From the NCBI GenBank assembly GCA_963676915.2, contig CAXXVK010000043.1:160001-224000 (forward strand): a DNA stretch of 64,000 nucleotides. Reading direction: 5' to 3'. Below, one piece after another: positions 29,137 through 39,150 of the stretch; the stretch's first letter is position 1; each line of letters starts with the position of its first letter. Origin of the DNA: Myxococcota bacterium. Its GTDB lineage: Bacteria; Myxococcota_A; SURF-8; G963663525. The position numbers were made by a program, and so were the translations under genes. The notes beneath the pieces are model-generated. The model was given only the letters and a program-made list of their open reading frames with translations, made no database searches and was not told where the DNA came from.

Positions 29137-30345
29137 TCACGAATTGGGGTGATCGAGCACGATTTTGATCGCTCCGGTCTGCTTTTTGTTCGTAAAGGCG
29201 CGAATGGCGTCTTTGTAGCGATTCATGGGAAACCTGTGGGTGATGATATCCATGGGGTTTACGGCATCGTTGAGCAACAAATCGGCGGCGAGGTCGAACG
29301 AGGTGCGACCATCGGCCTCGGTAGCGTGACAGTTGATGCCGACGAGTTCGATTTCCTGTGCCCATACCGGGCTGTAGTCGATTTTTCCCGGTTTGAAATT
29401 GATGCCGATCAACACCACGCGACCGCCACCCTTGGTCCAGCGTAACGCATGGTGCAGGCTGTGGTCATTGCCCACGGTGTCGTATACCACGTCGAAACCA
29501 CCCAACAGGATTTCATTACGGAAGTAGCCTTTGGCATAGCTTGCCCCGGTCGTTTTGGCGATTCGGGCATAGATCGACTTCGAGTGGTCCGCTATGGCTT
29601 CTCCGCCCAGTTTGCGCACGACTTTGCGTTGGAACGGATGGCGAGCCAGAACGTGTACCTCGACCTCCGGTGCCAGTACCCGAAGTGCGGCGAGCGTCAA
29701 CAGACCCAAGGTTCCCGCACCGACCACCAAAGCTTTCTGACCTTCGTGAAGCGGTGCTTTGAGCACGCCATGCACGGCGCTGGCCAGGGGTTCGATCAGC
29801 AAGGCTTTTTCCAGCGTCAGTTCGTCGGGAATGCGAAATGCCTGGGTGTGGTGCATCACCATGATGGGTGAAAACCCCCCGCCTGGATTTTCGATGGGTA
29901 GCGGCCGTTTGCCCTGGTTTTCGCAAAGCATGTAATTGCCGCGAGCACATTGCGGGCAGGGAGGATCGAACTCCATCTGGTAGCAGCTTGGCCAGTCGAT
30001 GCGCATGGTTACGCGGTCGCCGGGGGAGATATCCTCGACGCTGCCGCCCACCTCCAGAACTTCACCCACCAACTCGTGCCCCAGGAATTTCCTGGAAATG
30101 CCCGGAACCGCAGCCGGAAAGCATTTGGGGTCCATGTCCATGAACATGAAATGCAGGTCGGTGCCGCACAGTCCGCAGGCGAGGTTTCGGACTTTCAACC
30201 AGCGGGAGTTGGGAATCTCCGGTTCGTCGATTTCGTCGTATTTCAGCGGGGATATCGGTCCCAAAGCCGCTTCTTTGTCGATCAACGAGGCGGCACGCAT
30301 GGCGATAACTTTCGACAGCCGGTTTTCGAAAAACAGGGCTTTCAT
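29137..30345 (-). CDS. Zn-dependent medium-chain dehydrogenase
   Basis: CGLCGTDLH, LGHELVGEV, structural Zn Cys cluster (C...CPQC...C), GAGTLG, ITHRFP. Confidence 0.92.
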   Translation of the reverse strand: MKALFFENRLSKVIAMRAASLIDKEAALGPISPLKYDEIDEPEIPNSRWLKVRNLACGLCGTDLHFMFMDMDPKCFPAAVPGISRKFLGHELVGEVLEVGGSVEDISPGDRVTMRIDWPSCYQMEFDPPCPQCARGNYMLCENQGKRPLPIENPGGGFSPIMVMHHTQAFRIPDELTLEKALLIEPLASAVHGVLKAPLHEGQKALVVGAGTLGLLTLAALRVLAPEVEVHVLARHPFQRKVVRKLGGEAIADHSKSIYARIAKTTGASYAKGYFRNEILLGGFDVVYDTVGNDHSLHHALRWTKGGGRVVLIGINFKPGKIDYSPVWAQEIELVGINCHATEADGRTSFDLAADLLLNDAVNPMDIITHRFPMNRYKDAIRAFTNKKQTGAIKIVLDHPNS

Positions 30346-31598
30346 GCCGTTTCCTTTCCCGATTCCAAGTCACTTAATACCTTTTCCAGGAGTTTCACTG
30401 CTTGCGCTATTTCACTCTCGTTCAGTTGCAACGGAGGACGTAAAACGACAGTATCTTTCGCTACTTCTCCAGTTGCCAGCAGTATTCCGTTTTCCGCCGC
30501 CCGTCGGACGAACTCGCTTGCGAGGCTTTCCTCTTTGAAACGCAGGGAAAACAGCCCGCCCGTTCCTTCGATGGAATGAATCGTTTCGACATGTTTTTTT
30601 GCAAGACGATCCAATTCTTTGCGAAGATGGTCACCCATTTCTTTCGCATGGTCCCAGGGATGTTCCCGCTCATAGATCTCAAGCGCTTTTAACGCCACAC
30701 GACAACCGATGTCCGAACCGCCGAAGGTGGAGAGGTGGATCATCGGGTGCTCGTTCATGAAACGGTTGACCTTCTGAGTGATGACCGTTGCCGCAATGGG
30801 AAACATTCCACCTCCCAACGCTTCGCCTAGTATCAGGATATCCGGTTCCAATCCGCTTTCCAGAAATGCGAATTTCTCCCCCGAACGTCCGAAACCGGTT
30901 TGTGTCTCATCCACAACAAATAGTGCTCCTGTGGATTTGCAACGCGCCTCGATTTTTGTCAGCCACTTCGGTTCGAGCCTGTGGCAGTGGTTTTCCACCT
31001 GGATCGGTTCGACGATGACGGCCGCTGTGTCGGTATCGATGGCATCGAGTAATGCTTGCAACGATTTCATCGGCTGGATATCCGTTTCGGGAATCAACGG
31101 GGAGTAGTGGTCCTTGTCGTCTCGTGTCGAGAGCGAAAGAGCGAAGCCGGTTTGCCCGTGCCAGCCACCTTCGAGGGCTAGCAATTTGCGTCGTCCTGTG
31201 ACGCCCCTGGCTACTTTGCAGGCAAACTCCAACGTTTCGCCGCGTACCACGCTGAACACCGAGCACTCCAGGCCACCGGGGAGAAAACGAGCCAAAGCTT
31301 CGGCCAAGGCGGCTTTTTCGATGGAAATCATCGGAAAATTTCCCTGGTCGGTTTCATGAACCGCCTGTTTCAGAGCCTCGGCCAATTCGGGATTTCGGCG
31401 TCCCAGGTTGTAGATTCCCGCTCCGCTGAACCAGTCGAGCACCTCGCGGCCTGTTTCGTCCCGAAACGTGTTTTCACTCCGTTCCGATTCGAAAAAGACT
31501 CGACCGGTTTGTTTCATTTTCTCAAGAATTCCGGGTCCGAATAAAGCTTCACAGGAAGATTCGAACGATTCTGTGGAAGATTTCGTGTGTTTTGCCAT
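30342..31598 (-). CDS. Class-III aminotransferase paralog lacking the PLP-binding Lys
   Basis: WHGQT, EPIQVE, DETQTGFGRSG and HLSTFGG are present, but PDILILGEALGGG has Glu at the Lys position (codon GAA, 30822-30824). Confidence 0.85.
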   Translation of the reverse strand: MAKHTKSSTESFESSCEALFGPGILEKMKQTGRVFFESERSENTFRDETGREVLDWFSGAGIYNLGRRNPELAEALKQAVHETDQGNFPMISIEKAALAEALARFLPGGLECSVFSVVRGETLEFACKVARGVTGRRKLLALEGGWHGQTGFALSLSTRDDKDHYSPLIPETDIQPMKSLQALLDAIDTDTAAVIVEPIQVENHCHRLEPKWLTKIEARCKSTGALFVVDETQTGFGRSGEKFAFLESGLEPDILILGEALGGGMFPIAATVITQKVNRFMNEHPMIHLSTFGGSDIGCRVALKALEIYEREHPWDHAKEMGDHLRKELDRLAKKHVETIHSIEGTGGLFSLRFKEESLASEFVRRAAENGILLATGEVAKDTVVLRPPLQLNESEIAQAVKLLEKVLSDLESGKETA

Positions 31599-31600
31599 TT

Positions 31601-33028
31601 TCAATTCCCTTTGAACGAATCGGTTAGTTTTTTTACACCGTCTTCCATGCTGCGCATGGCTCCGAAAAGTCGGGTCTGTACGGCTTCGCTGTTAAGCAAT
31701 CGGAGCAGGGCAGGGATTTTGGCCGCCGGAAGTGCAAGAGGTAACAGGGTTTTCATGTCTTTCAGCGCTCCGCTTATGGCCTCGATCAATTCCTCAAGTT
31801 CTTCTTCGCTGATCGTGATCGGAGCCATGAAACGCATGACCTGCGGTGCATTCCCGGAATAGGCGGCGAACACACCATGCTTGGCCAAAGCATCGGCCAT
31901 CATCGGCCCAAGAAATTCGTGGATGTACTCAATGCCCACCATCAGGCCGATCCCACGGATATCTTTGATGATTTTCGGATTTTGGCGCTTCATTTCCAAG
32001 AGTGCTTCGCGAAATCTGCGGCCTCGTTGCTCGGCGTTTTCCCATAGTTTGTTTTCGACGATGTAGTCCAGCACCGCCGACGATACCCGGCAACCCAGGT
32101 CGCTGCCCCCGGTGGAACTGGGATGGAAATCGGGATTCGCATCGACGAACGTTCCCAACGGACCATCGCCGCGATACAGCACCGAAGCGTTGGGGTATAC
32201 GCCACCACCCAGCGATTTCGCGACGGTCAGAATGTCGGGAACCACGCCCGACCACTGGCAGGCGAATAGTTTTCCGGTGCGTCCGAAACCTGTCTGGATT
32301 TCATCGAAAATCAGCAAAATCCCCCGTTGGTCGCATAGTTTTCGCAATCCCTGAAGATAGTCGTTGCTACCAATATAAATTCCGGCTTCACCTTGAACCG
32401 GTTCGACGATAATGGAGGCGGTGTCGTCGTCCACGGCGTCTTCCATGGCTTTCAGGTCGTTGAACGGTACGAATTCGAAACCGGGCATCAGTGGTTCACA
32501 ATAGTTGCGGTAGTGTTCTTTGCCATTGGCCGAAAGAGCGAATCCGGTATGACCGTGGTAGGCTTTGACGGTAGAGAGAATTTTGGTTTTTCCCGTAGCG
32601 CCACGAACCATTTTGATGGCGGCGTCCACTGCATCTCCTCCGCCGGCAGCAAACAGAATTCGATTGAGATCCCCCGGCGCCAGATCGACAAGCTTGCGTG
32701 CAAACGTGATTTTTTCTTCGGAAAGCAGGTTCCATTCTCCCATATCCAAAGAATCCGCTGCTTGGTCGAGCGCTTCGACGATTTGTGTGTTGCCACGCCC
32801 CACGTTGAAACATCCGGCGGAGGAAAAGCAGTCGAACATCGCTTTTCCCGGCAGGGGATCGACGAAACGGACACCCTGACGACGGGTTTCGATGACGTCG
32901 AGATGTCCGGCACGCAAATATCGGACTTGTCCGCGATTGATGTATTTCGTAAAGCGTTCGACCAGATTTTTCTTTTCGTCCGCTGTCATGGTCGAAAAAG
33001 CACTCGCCCTGTTCGTTTCGGCACTCAT
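31601..33028 (-). CDS. Class-III PLP aminotransferase (putrescine/ornithine aminotransferase-like)
   Basis: YHGHT, EPVQGEAG, FDEIQTGFGRTG, PDILTVAKSLGGG; GAGGT RBS before ATG 33028. Confidence 0.92.
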   Translation of the reverse strand: MSAETNRASAFSTMTADEKKNLVERFTKYINRGQVRYLRAGHLDVIETRRQGVRFVDPLPGKAMFDCFSSAGCFNVGRGNTQIVEALDQAADSLDMGEWNLLSEEKITFARKLVDLAPGDLNRILFAAGGGDAVDAAIKMVRGATGKTKILSTVKAYHGHTGFALSANGKEHYRNYCEPLMPGFEFVPFNDLKAMEDAVDDDTASIIVEPVQGEAGIYIGSNDYLQGLRKLCDQRGILLIFDEIQTGFGRTGKLFACQWSGVVPDILTVAKSLGGGVYPNASVLYRGDGPLGTFVDANPDFHPSSTGGSDLGCRVSSAVLDYIVENKLWENAEQRGRRFREALLEMKRQNPKIIKDIRGIGLMVGIEYIHEFLGPMMADALAKHGVFAAYSGNAPQVMRFMAPITISEEELEELIEAISGALKDMKTLLPLALPAAKIPALLRLLNSEAVQTRLFGAMRSMEDGVKKLTDSFKGN

Positions 33029-33240
33029 TGAGTTTACCTCATATGTGAGTTGTGATATGATGCCAATGGTAAAAAAATGCCCATGCTTCAAAGTATTTCC
33101 TTCACCTTGTCTTCTTCTGTCCGATTAAGACTGTCGAAAGAGGGAAAGTGAAGCTGTAAAATCGACTCTCCAATTAGAACGGCAATTGTAGCGAGACGAT
33201 CCGTTCGATTCAACATTATTCTCTCTAGAAAGGGGTGGTT

Positions 33241-33840
33241 ATGAAAGCGACCGATTTCAATCTTAAAAACGATCTCCGTTTCGATCCGGGGCAGGGCTTG
33301 ACTTCGTTCCGAGATTCGAGACTGGTGATTTTCGATGCCAATGCCATCGGTTTGCTGCGTCAGAATCTGTTGGAAGAACTCGGTTTGGAGGCGGCACGCC
33401 GCTTCTTCCTACGGTTCGGATTTCAGCACGGGTACGCTGATTTCATGCAAATGAAAGTCAACTACGAGTTCGATTCCGAAATGGATCTTCTGGCCTCCGG
33501 GCCGGTGATGCACAGTTGGGAAGGTATCGTACAAGCTACCCCGAAAGAGCTGGATTACAGCCGTGAGACGGGAAAATTTTACTTTACCGGCACCTGGACC
33601 AACTCGTACGAGGCCGAACAGCACCTTAGCTACAACGAAACGGGAACGGAACCGGTTTGCTGGAGCTTGATGGGCTATGCCAGCGGTTGGGGAACCGCTT
33701 TCTTCGGGAAACCCTTGTTGGCTATCGAACCCGTGTGCATGGGCAAAGGCGACGATCATTGTGAATGGAAAATGTTACCGGTCGATGAGTGGGGAGATGA
33801 AGCGAAACTATATCTCGAAGCACTCAAAGATCTGTTTTAG
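33241..33840 (+). CDS. Stand-alone XylR-N/V4R ligand-binding domain protein
   Basis: LRQNLLEELG..AARRFFLRFGF, GPVMHSWEG, NSYEAEQH, PVCWSLMGYASG, EPVCMGKGDDHCEW; no AAA+ domain. Confidence 0.88.
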   Translation: MKATDFNLKNDLRFDPGQGLTSFRDSRLVIFDANAIGLLRQNLLEELGLEAARRFFLRFGFQHGYADFMQMKVNYEFDSEMDLLASGPVMHSWEGIVQATPKELDYSRETGKFYFTGTWTNSYEAEQHLSYNETGTEPVCWSLMGYASGWGTAFFGKPLLAIEPVCMGKGDDHCEWKMLPVDEWGDEAKLYLEALKDLF

Positions 33841-33849
33841 GAGGGGATT

Positions 33850-34040
33850 ATGGGAGAAAAACTCGTTAGATACTACAAATTCGTCGGAGATGAGTTCGGA
33901 CTGTCCGCCAAAGTCAATTTGGCCAAAGAAACCAAAATCCCTTCGATGAAAGCCGCTATGGCCGAGGATTCCGAAGAAAACATAAACTGTTCAAAGACGC
34001 CATTCTGAAAGTCACCGGCAAATCCGCGCCGGATATGTAA
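33850..34040 (+). CDS. Small (about 63 aa) protein cotranscribed with the V4R gene; apparent 1-nt deletion at 33984-33986
   Basis: GAGGGG RBS; MGEKLVRYYKFVGDEFGLSAKVNLAKETKIPSMKAAMAEDSEENI continues KLFKDAILKVTGKSAPDM* if one A is added; missing from the ORF track. Confidence 0.65.
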
Positions 34041-34145
34041 TATTCATGGGAATCCGGTATGTATCCGGATTCCCATGCATTCCTCGTAACTTCTCAAGTA
34101 TCATATCCCGCCAAATTAATGAGAATACGACCGTAACCCGTTGTA

Positions 34146-35110
34146 TTATTTCTCCTTTTTTGTATATTCTCCATAGTGTTTTTCTGCGCATTCCGGACAT
34201 AAACCGTGGGAGAATTCGGCCTCCGAATGCTGGCTGATGTAGCTTTCCATCTGGTTCCAGTAACCTTCGTCATCCCGGATTTTTTTACAGATCGAGCAGA
34301 TCGGAATCAAGCCTTGCAGAGTTTTGACTTCACCCATGGCTTCTTGAAGTTCTCGAATCAGCCGTTCTTTCTCTTTTCCGAACGCTCTCGGAACTCGATT
34401 TCTTCTTCCAGTCGTTGATTGAAAACACCCAGTTGCTCGTTCATTTTTTCCATGGATTTCCGGTAGTTTGTCATCGTGATGATCACGGTTCCGGCTATCA
34501 CGATGTAAAGACTCCAGGTGACGAGCACCACGCGCCAGTCCATCATGATCGACCGAAAAGCTTCACGATGAATCAACAACGGGGCGTAGTCGAGAACGCC
34601 GAAGTATTCCAGGCAGACGATTGCAATCATGGCTGTATGACCCACGATGAAAAAGATCGTGGTTTCCTTCGGTCGGAGAAACCAACCGACCATGATTGTC
34701 GTTACCAGTACCAATCCCATCATGATGGAGTTCAGCGAGCCGCAAAAGTGCATGTGCATCAGCCAGACAGCCTGGACAAAATAGGCGCAAGCAACGATTA
34801 CAGGGTAGAAAAACTTTGTAATATCGGTACGTTGTTTGCGATAAGCCCATTTGAAAAACACGACGACGGTGAACAATGTCAGGATCAGTGCCATATTGAC
34901 ACCAATGCCGAAGGTAAAGATTTCCATATCGATAAGCTGTTGTTCTCCAGCCACAGTGCAGACAATGAACTGAATGAAGACGAACGGCGTGAACAACATC
35001 AGCAATACGCGTACCGCCAGGAAGGCACGTGAGGGAAACACTTGTTCGAAAGTGTCCGACTTTGGAAGGGTATGTTTTACGGAAAAGTTGGAATCTTTAC
35101 TGCCATCCAT
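34146..35110 (-). CDS. Multi-TM membrane sensor with C-terminal ICxxCKKIRD...HGLCPEC domain (frameshift at 34374-34377)
   Basis: TM ORF 34358-35110 joins ORF 34146-34337 through a coiled coil (EKEKERLIRELQEAMGEVKTLQGL) if one A is restored. Confidence 0.75.
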
Positions 35111-35463
35111 GACGTTCTCCGTTTGCGAAACGAATACGAATTTTTTCCTTACAGAGGTGAGAGCTGTTTCGGAGTGTTACGGGAACCCGTCTTTTCCCGG
35201 AACTCATTTCTGTCTACAATGATACCACATTTGAGAGTTCCGATTCAATCCTCCTGTATTTTTCCTTTTTATCTCCACTTTTTTCCACAAAAAAGTGATT
35301 TTCACGGAAAATTAGCTTTTTATGTTTTCCAAATTCTCCGACATGACAGAAAACCTACCGAACTTCTTCTCCATTCCGTATTGCAAAAGAAGGAAACCGG
35401 CCTTATCTTGGAGAAGGAAAACCTCCCCGTAAGGGACAGACATTCAGCGTGAGGGTTCGATTG

Positions 35464-37399
35464 ATGGCATTTATTTCGACAGTCTTCTGGGGTATCGTTC
35501 TTCTGGGCGTACTGGTTCTCGTTCACGAAATGGGGCATTTTCTTGCGGCACGTCAGGTGGGAATTCGGGTGCTGACGTTTTCCATCGGGTTCGGTAAGAA
35601 GCTCTTTTCTTTCCGACGTGGACATACGGAGTACCGTATCGCCGCCGTTCCACTGGGTGGTTACGTTCGCCTGATGGGGCATGAATTCGACGAGATGTTG
35701 CCGCCGATCATTCTTGGAACCGCTCCGGGAAGTCTGGCCGACAAAGCAGGATTGAAACCCGGCGACGTGTTGTTCAGTATCGATGACAAAGAGCAAAGCG
35801 ACTGGAAAGAAACCGGCGATCTTCTAAACGATAGCCTCGGTGAAGACATTCACCTTGCGGTTGTTCGAGATGGAAAACTGCTGGAATTTACGGTGGAATC
35901 CGGGGATGCTTCCGAGGATGCGCCATCAGGCGAGTTTCCTGGAAAACTCGATTGTGTGGAAGACAAGGAAATGACGATTTCTCCTTTGGGACTCACCATC
36001 GGAGTGGATGCCGAAACCGCACAGGAAAGTTTTTCGAGAAAACCGCTATGGGACGTTTTTGGGTGGTTCTTGCCGGACCGCTGGCCTCATTGCTGTTTCC
36101 GATTCTGATTTATTTCTTTTTCAACCTGGGAACCGGCGAAGTGCTCGATTCCCGAATCGGTAGCGTATTTCCCGAACGCCCGCCGAACGCGCCGGATTGA
36201 TGGCCGGAGACCGGATTGTCGAGATTTCCGGGCAGCCCGTCAGTCGCTGGAGAGACCTCGTTGCTGCCATCGATATGCAAAAAGGACAGGAAACCCGCTT
36301 GAAAGTACTGCGGGACGGAGAAAAGTTGTCTCTTACCGTGACGCCCGAAACTCGAGAATCACGGGATCGATTGGGAAAAAGCCAGGAGCGTGGGCAGATC
36401 GGCATCGGTTATGCTCCGTTGCAGGCCATCGTAGCTGTGGGAAATGAAGCCTCTCCCGCCGCTCGTGCCGGAATTCGCTCGGGAGATACGGTGCTGGCGA
36501 TCAATGGCGAGGAAATCAGTCGGTATTACGAATTGCAACGCCACCTGGACGAAATGGCTATCAGTGGCCGGACGGTGTCGCTGAAAGTTGCGGGGGAAGA
36601 CGGGAAACCTCGGGAAGTCCGTCTTACGCCCGAGCTTGGGAAAAACAACGAATACCGAACCGGACTTTATCCGGCGGATGTGTTGATCGGGAAAATCGCG
36701 CCGGACAGCGCCGCTGAAAAAGTTGGGCTGAAAGCCGGAGACCTGTTGATGCGTTTCAACGGGCAACCGATTTCCTCGTGGTTGGTTTTCGAGGTGCTGT
36801 TGGGACGCCTGAAACCGCAGGATACACCGTTCGAACTTGAAGTGGAGCGACAGGGAGAAAGCCTGAAAGTGACGGTTGCCATGGCGAAGCTTTCGACGAA
36901 AGATCGTATGGGCAACGAGCACGAATACTGGCAGTTGGGTGTTTCGCCACAATACAATTACCTGAAATATTCCGAACCTTTCCTGCGGGAAGTGGACAAC
37001 CGCCTGGTGTACGCTGCCGTACAATCGGTCAAGGATCTGGCTGACATGATGTGGCTGCAACTGCGGATTATCCACGAGTTGGTCACGGGTGGAATCGGGC
37101 TGAATACCGTCGGTGGACCGATCGCCATCGTGGATCTCGCCGGACAGGCGGCCAAAGAGGGCGCGGGTCAGTTTTTGCAGATCATGGCGCTGATTTCCGT
37201 CAACCTCGGCATTATCAACCTGTTTCCGATTCCGGTGCTCGACGGCGGGCACCTGATGTTCTTCACGTTGGAAGCTTTGCTGCGCAAGCCGCTCAATCGC
37301 AAACTTCGCGAACGGGCGACCATGGTGGGTTTCGTGTTCCTGATGGGCTTGATCGGTTTGGTGATTTTGCAGGATCTTTCCCGCTATCTGTTTTCTTGA
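35464..37399 (+). CDS. rseP: RIP metalloprotease RseP (two apparent 1-nt deletions at about 36051 and 36175)
   Basis: VHEMGHF, FSIGFGK, PLGGYVRL, VVLAGP, several PDZ domains, GGPIAI, NLFPIPVLDGGH. Confidence 0.88.
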
Positions 37400-37412
37400 T
37401 GAGGATGATTTC

Positions 37413-38095
37413 GTGAGTATTCCCCGTAAATTGCTGGCTATCGAAGCCAGCGGGCGACCGATTTCCCTAGCCCTTTTCGAAGATGGAGCATGGTGCGCGG
37501 GTCGCGAGAAGCGAGCCGAGGTTCGTCACAGCGCGGATCTGCTTCCCATGCTGGAGGATCTTCTCGACGAAACAGGGTGGAAGCTCGGTGATCTCGAAGC
37601 CATCGCCGTCACACGCGGTCCAGGCTCGTTTACGTCCGTACGTATTGCGCTGGCAACCGCTCGGGGACTCGCTTACCCCTCGGGAACTCCGGTCTATGCC
37701 CTGAATTCCCTGGAAGTCCTCGCCGCCGGAAGACTTTCGGTGGAACAGCCGATGGTGCTGGCCGCATTGGATGCCCGAAAAAAGCAGGTTTATGCCGCCT
37801 GTTACGAGATGGGAGACATGCCTCGTCCCCTGATGACGCCTCGCTGTATCGATCCGAAGAGGTTCGCGACCTCGGAACGAACCCTTTGGTGGTAACGGGT
37901 AGCGGAGCGGCAATGGTTCTGCCTTTCGTACAGGCTACGACCTCTGAACCTGATGATTTTCCCCAGGCGCGTGTTTTAGGTCGTCTGGTACTTGAACGAA
38001 TGAAGGCGGGAGAGGATTTCGAACCCGCAACACCGCTGTACTTGCGTCGTTCCGAAGCGGAAGAAAACCTTCGGAAAGCGCAGGACGCATTGTAG
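37413..38095 (+). CDS. tsaB: tRNA threonylcarbamoyladenosine biosynthesis protein TsaB (apparent 1-nt deletion at about 37855)
   Basis: LLAIEAS, HSADLLP, GPGSFTSVRI, DARKKQVY and, in the next frame, PLYLRRSEAE. Confidence 0.88.
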
Positions 38096-38137
38096 ATCCC
38101 TTTCTCATAGTTTCCACATATTGTAAAGGAGAAAACC

Positions 38138-38359
38138 ATGGCCGCAACTGTAAAACCCCTCAGCGACGATCAGAAAAAAGTTTTAAAAGCCTTCGGTTCC
38201 ATGTCCGAGCCGGTGGGAGGCAAAGTCATCGCCGAAAATACCGGCATCGACTCGAAAGATGTTACAAAGCACGTCAAAAAGCTCAAAGATGCCGGATTGA
38301 TCGAGTCGCCGGTACGCTGTAAATACAGCATCACCGATCTGGGGAAGAAGGAAATCTAA
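38138..38359 (+). CDS. Small winged-helix DNA-binding protein
   Basis: AAGGAG RBS; GGKVIAENTGIDSKDVTKHVKKLKDAGLIESPVRCKY. Confidence 0.75.
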   Translation: MAATVKPLSDDQKKVLKAFGSMSEPVGGKVIAENTGIDSKDVTKHVKKLKDAGLIESPVRCKYSITDLGKKEI

Positions 38360-38390
38360 CCTTTGGAGTTCCTTTTGTTTTTGATGTATG

Positions 38391-38429
38391 AAGCCGGAGT
38401 GGGTTTGAGAATCCCGTTCCGGCTTTTTT
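38391..38429 (+). terminator. Rho-independent terminator
   Basis: AAGCCGGAGTGGG...CCCGTTCCGGCTT followed by a T run. Confidence 0.6.
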
Positions 38430-38498
38430 AGGCTTTTTTCCAATCAATAATTACGATTTTAAATACCATAAACAGGAATAGAGCATGTATAATATTTT

Positions 38499-39090
38499 GT
38501 AGCGGCGAGGCGTAAGCCCGCCGTAATTTGATCGAGATAGACCTTATAGGAAATAATTTTATGTGCCATGTCAAATTCACGCTATAAAACTCGAAAAACA
38601 ATCCGCCTAAATAAAGAAGCCTATATGGGAGGAAACACTTTTCACGTAACTGTACGATGTTATCAAAAAATGGATTTACTTAGGAATGATGTAGCGAAAA
38701 TGACATTAGAAGTATTGAATAATATTTGTGAAAATGGCCAATTTAAAGTCTTTGCAGCTATTGCAATGCCGAATCATATTCATTTTCTTTGTTCGACAAA
38801 TGAAGGGGATGTTCTTACTCGTCATATTAATCGTTTTAAAGCAGTTACGACAACAATATTCCATCGCCAAGGGTACCACGGTCCTTTATGGCAGAGACGG
38901 TATTATGACCATGGTTTGCGTTCGATCGAAAGCCTTCAGCAGATTGTTTTGTATATTCTAGAAAATCCAGTTCGAAAAGGCTTCGTTGATGATTGGAAAC
39001 AGTGGCCATATTGTGTGGTTTCAGAGGGAGTTGGCATTTAATTGCAATAACTTTGGAGTTTTTTACGGCGGGCTTACGCCTCGCCGCTAC
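38499..39090. mobile_element. REPtron: RAYT gene flanked by inverted GTAG-REP sequences
   Basis: GTAGCGGCGAGGCGTAAGCCCGCCGTAA (38499-38526) and its exact reverse complement (39063-39090); AT-rich interior. Confidence 0.88.
38568..39041 (+). CDS. REP-associated tyrosine transposase (RAYT, Y1/HUH IS200-like)
   Basis: FHVTVRC, AMPNHIHFL (HUH), LWQRRYYDHGLRS, YILENPVRKG. Confidence 0.92.
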   Translation: MSNSRYKTRKTIRLNKEAYMGGNTFHVTVRCYQKMDLLRNDVAKMTLEVLNNICENGQFKVFAAIAMPNHIHFLCSTNEGDVLTRHINRFKAVTTTIFHRQGYHGPLWQRRYYDHGLRSIESLQQIVLYILENPVRKGFVDDWKQWPYCVVSEGVGI

Positions 39091-39150
39091 TAACCTGACA
39101 ATATTGATTAAAAAAAACTTTCGTAAGAGGAACACGAAACTTCCCCAAAA

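Noticed and set aside
33029-33240. Sigma54 promoter in the aminotransferase/V4R intergenic region
   Set aside because: TGGCA occurs on the minus strand, but there is no TTGC at the correct -12 spacing
35464-38095. rseP and tsaB as true pseudogenes
   Set aside because: Single-base homopolymer indels with otherwise intact motifs in normally essential genes; more likely assembly errors
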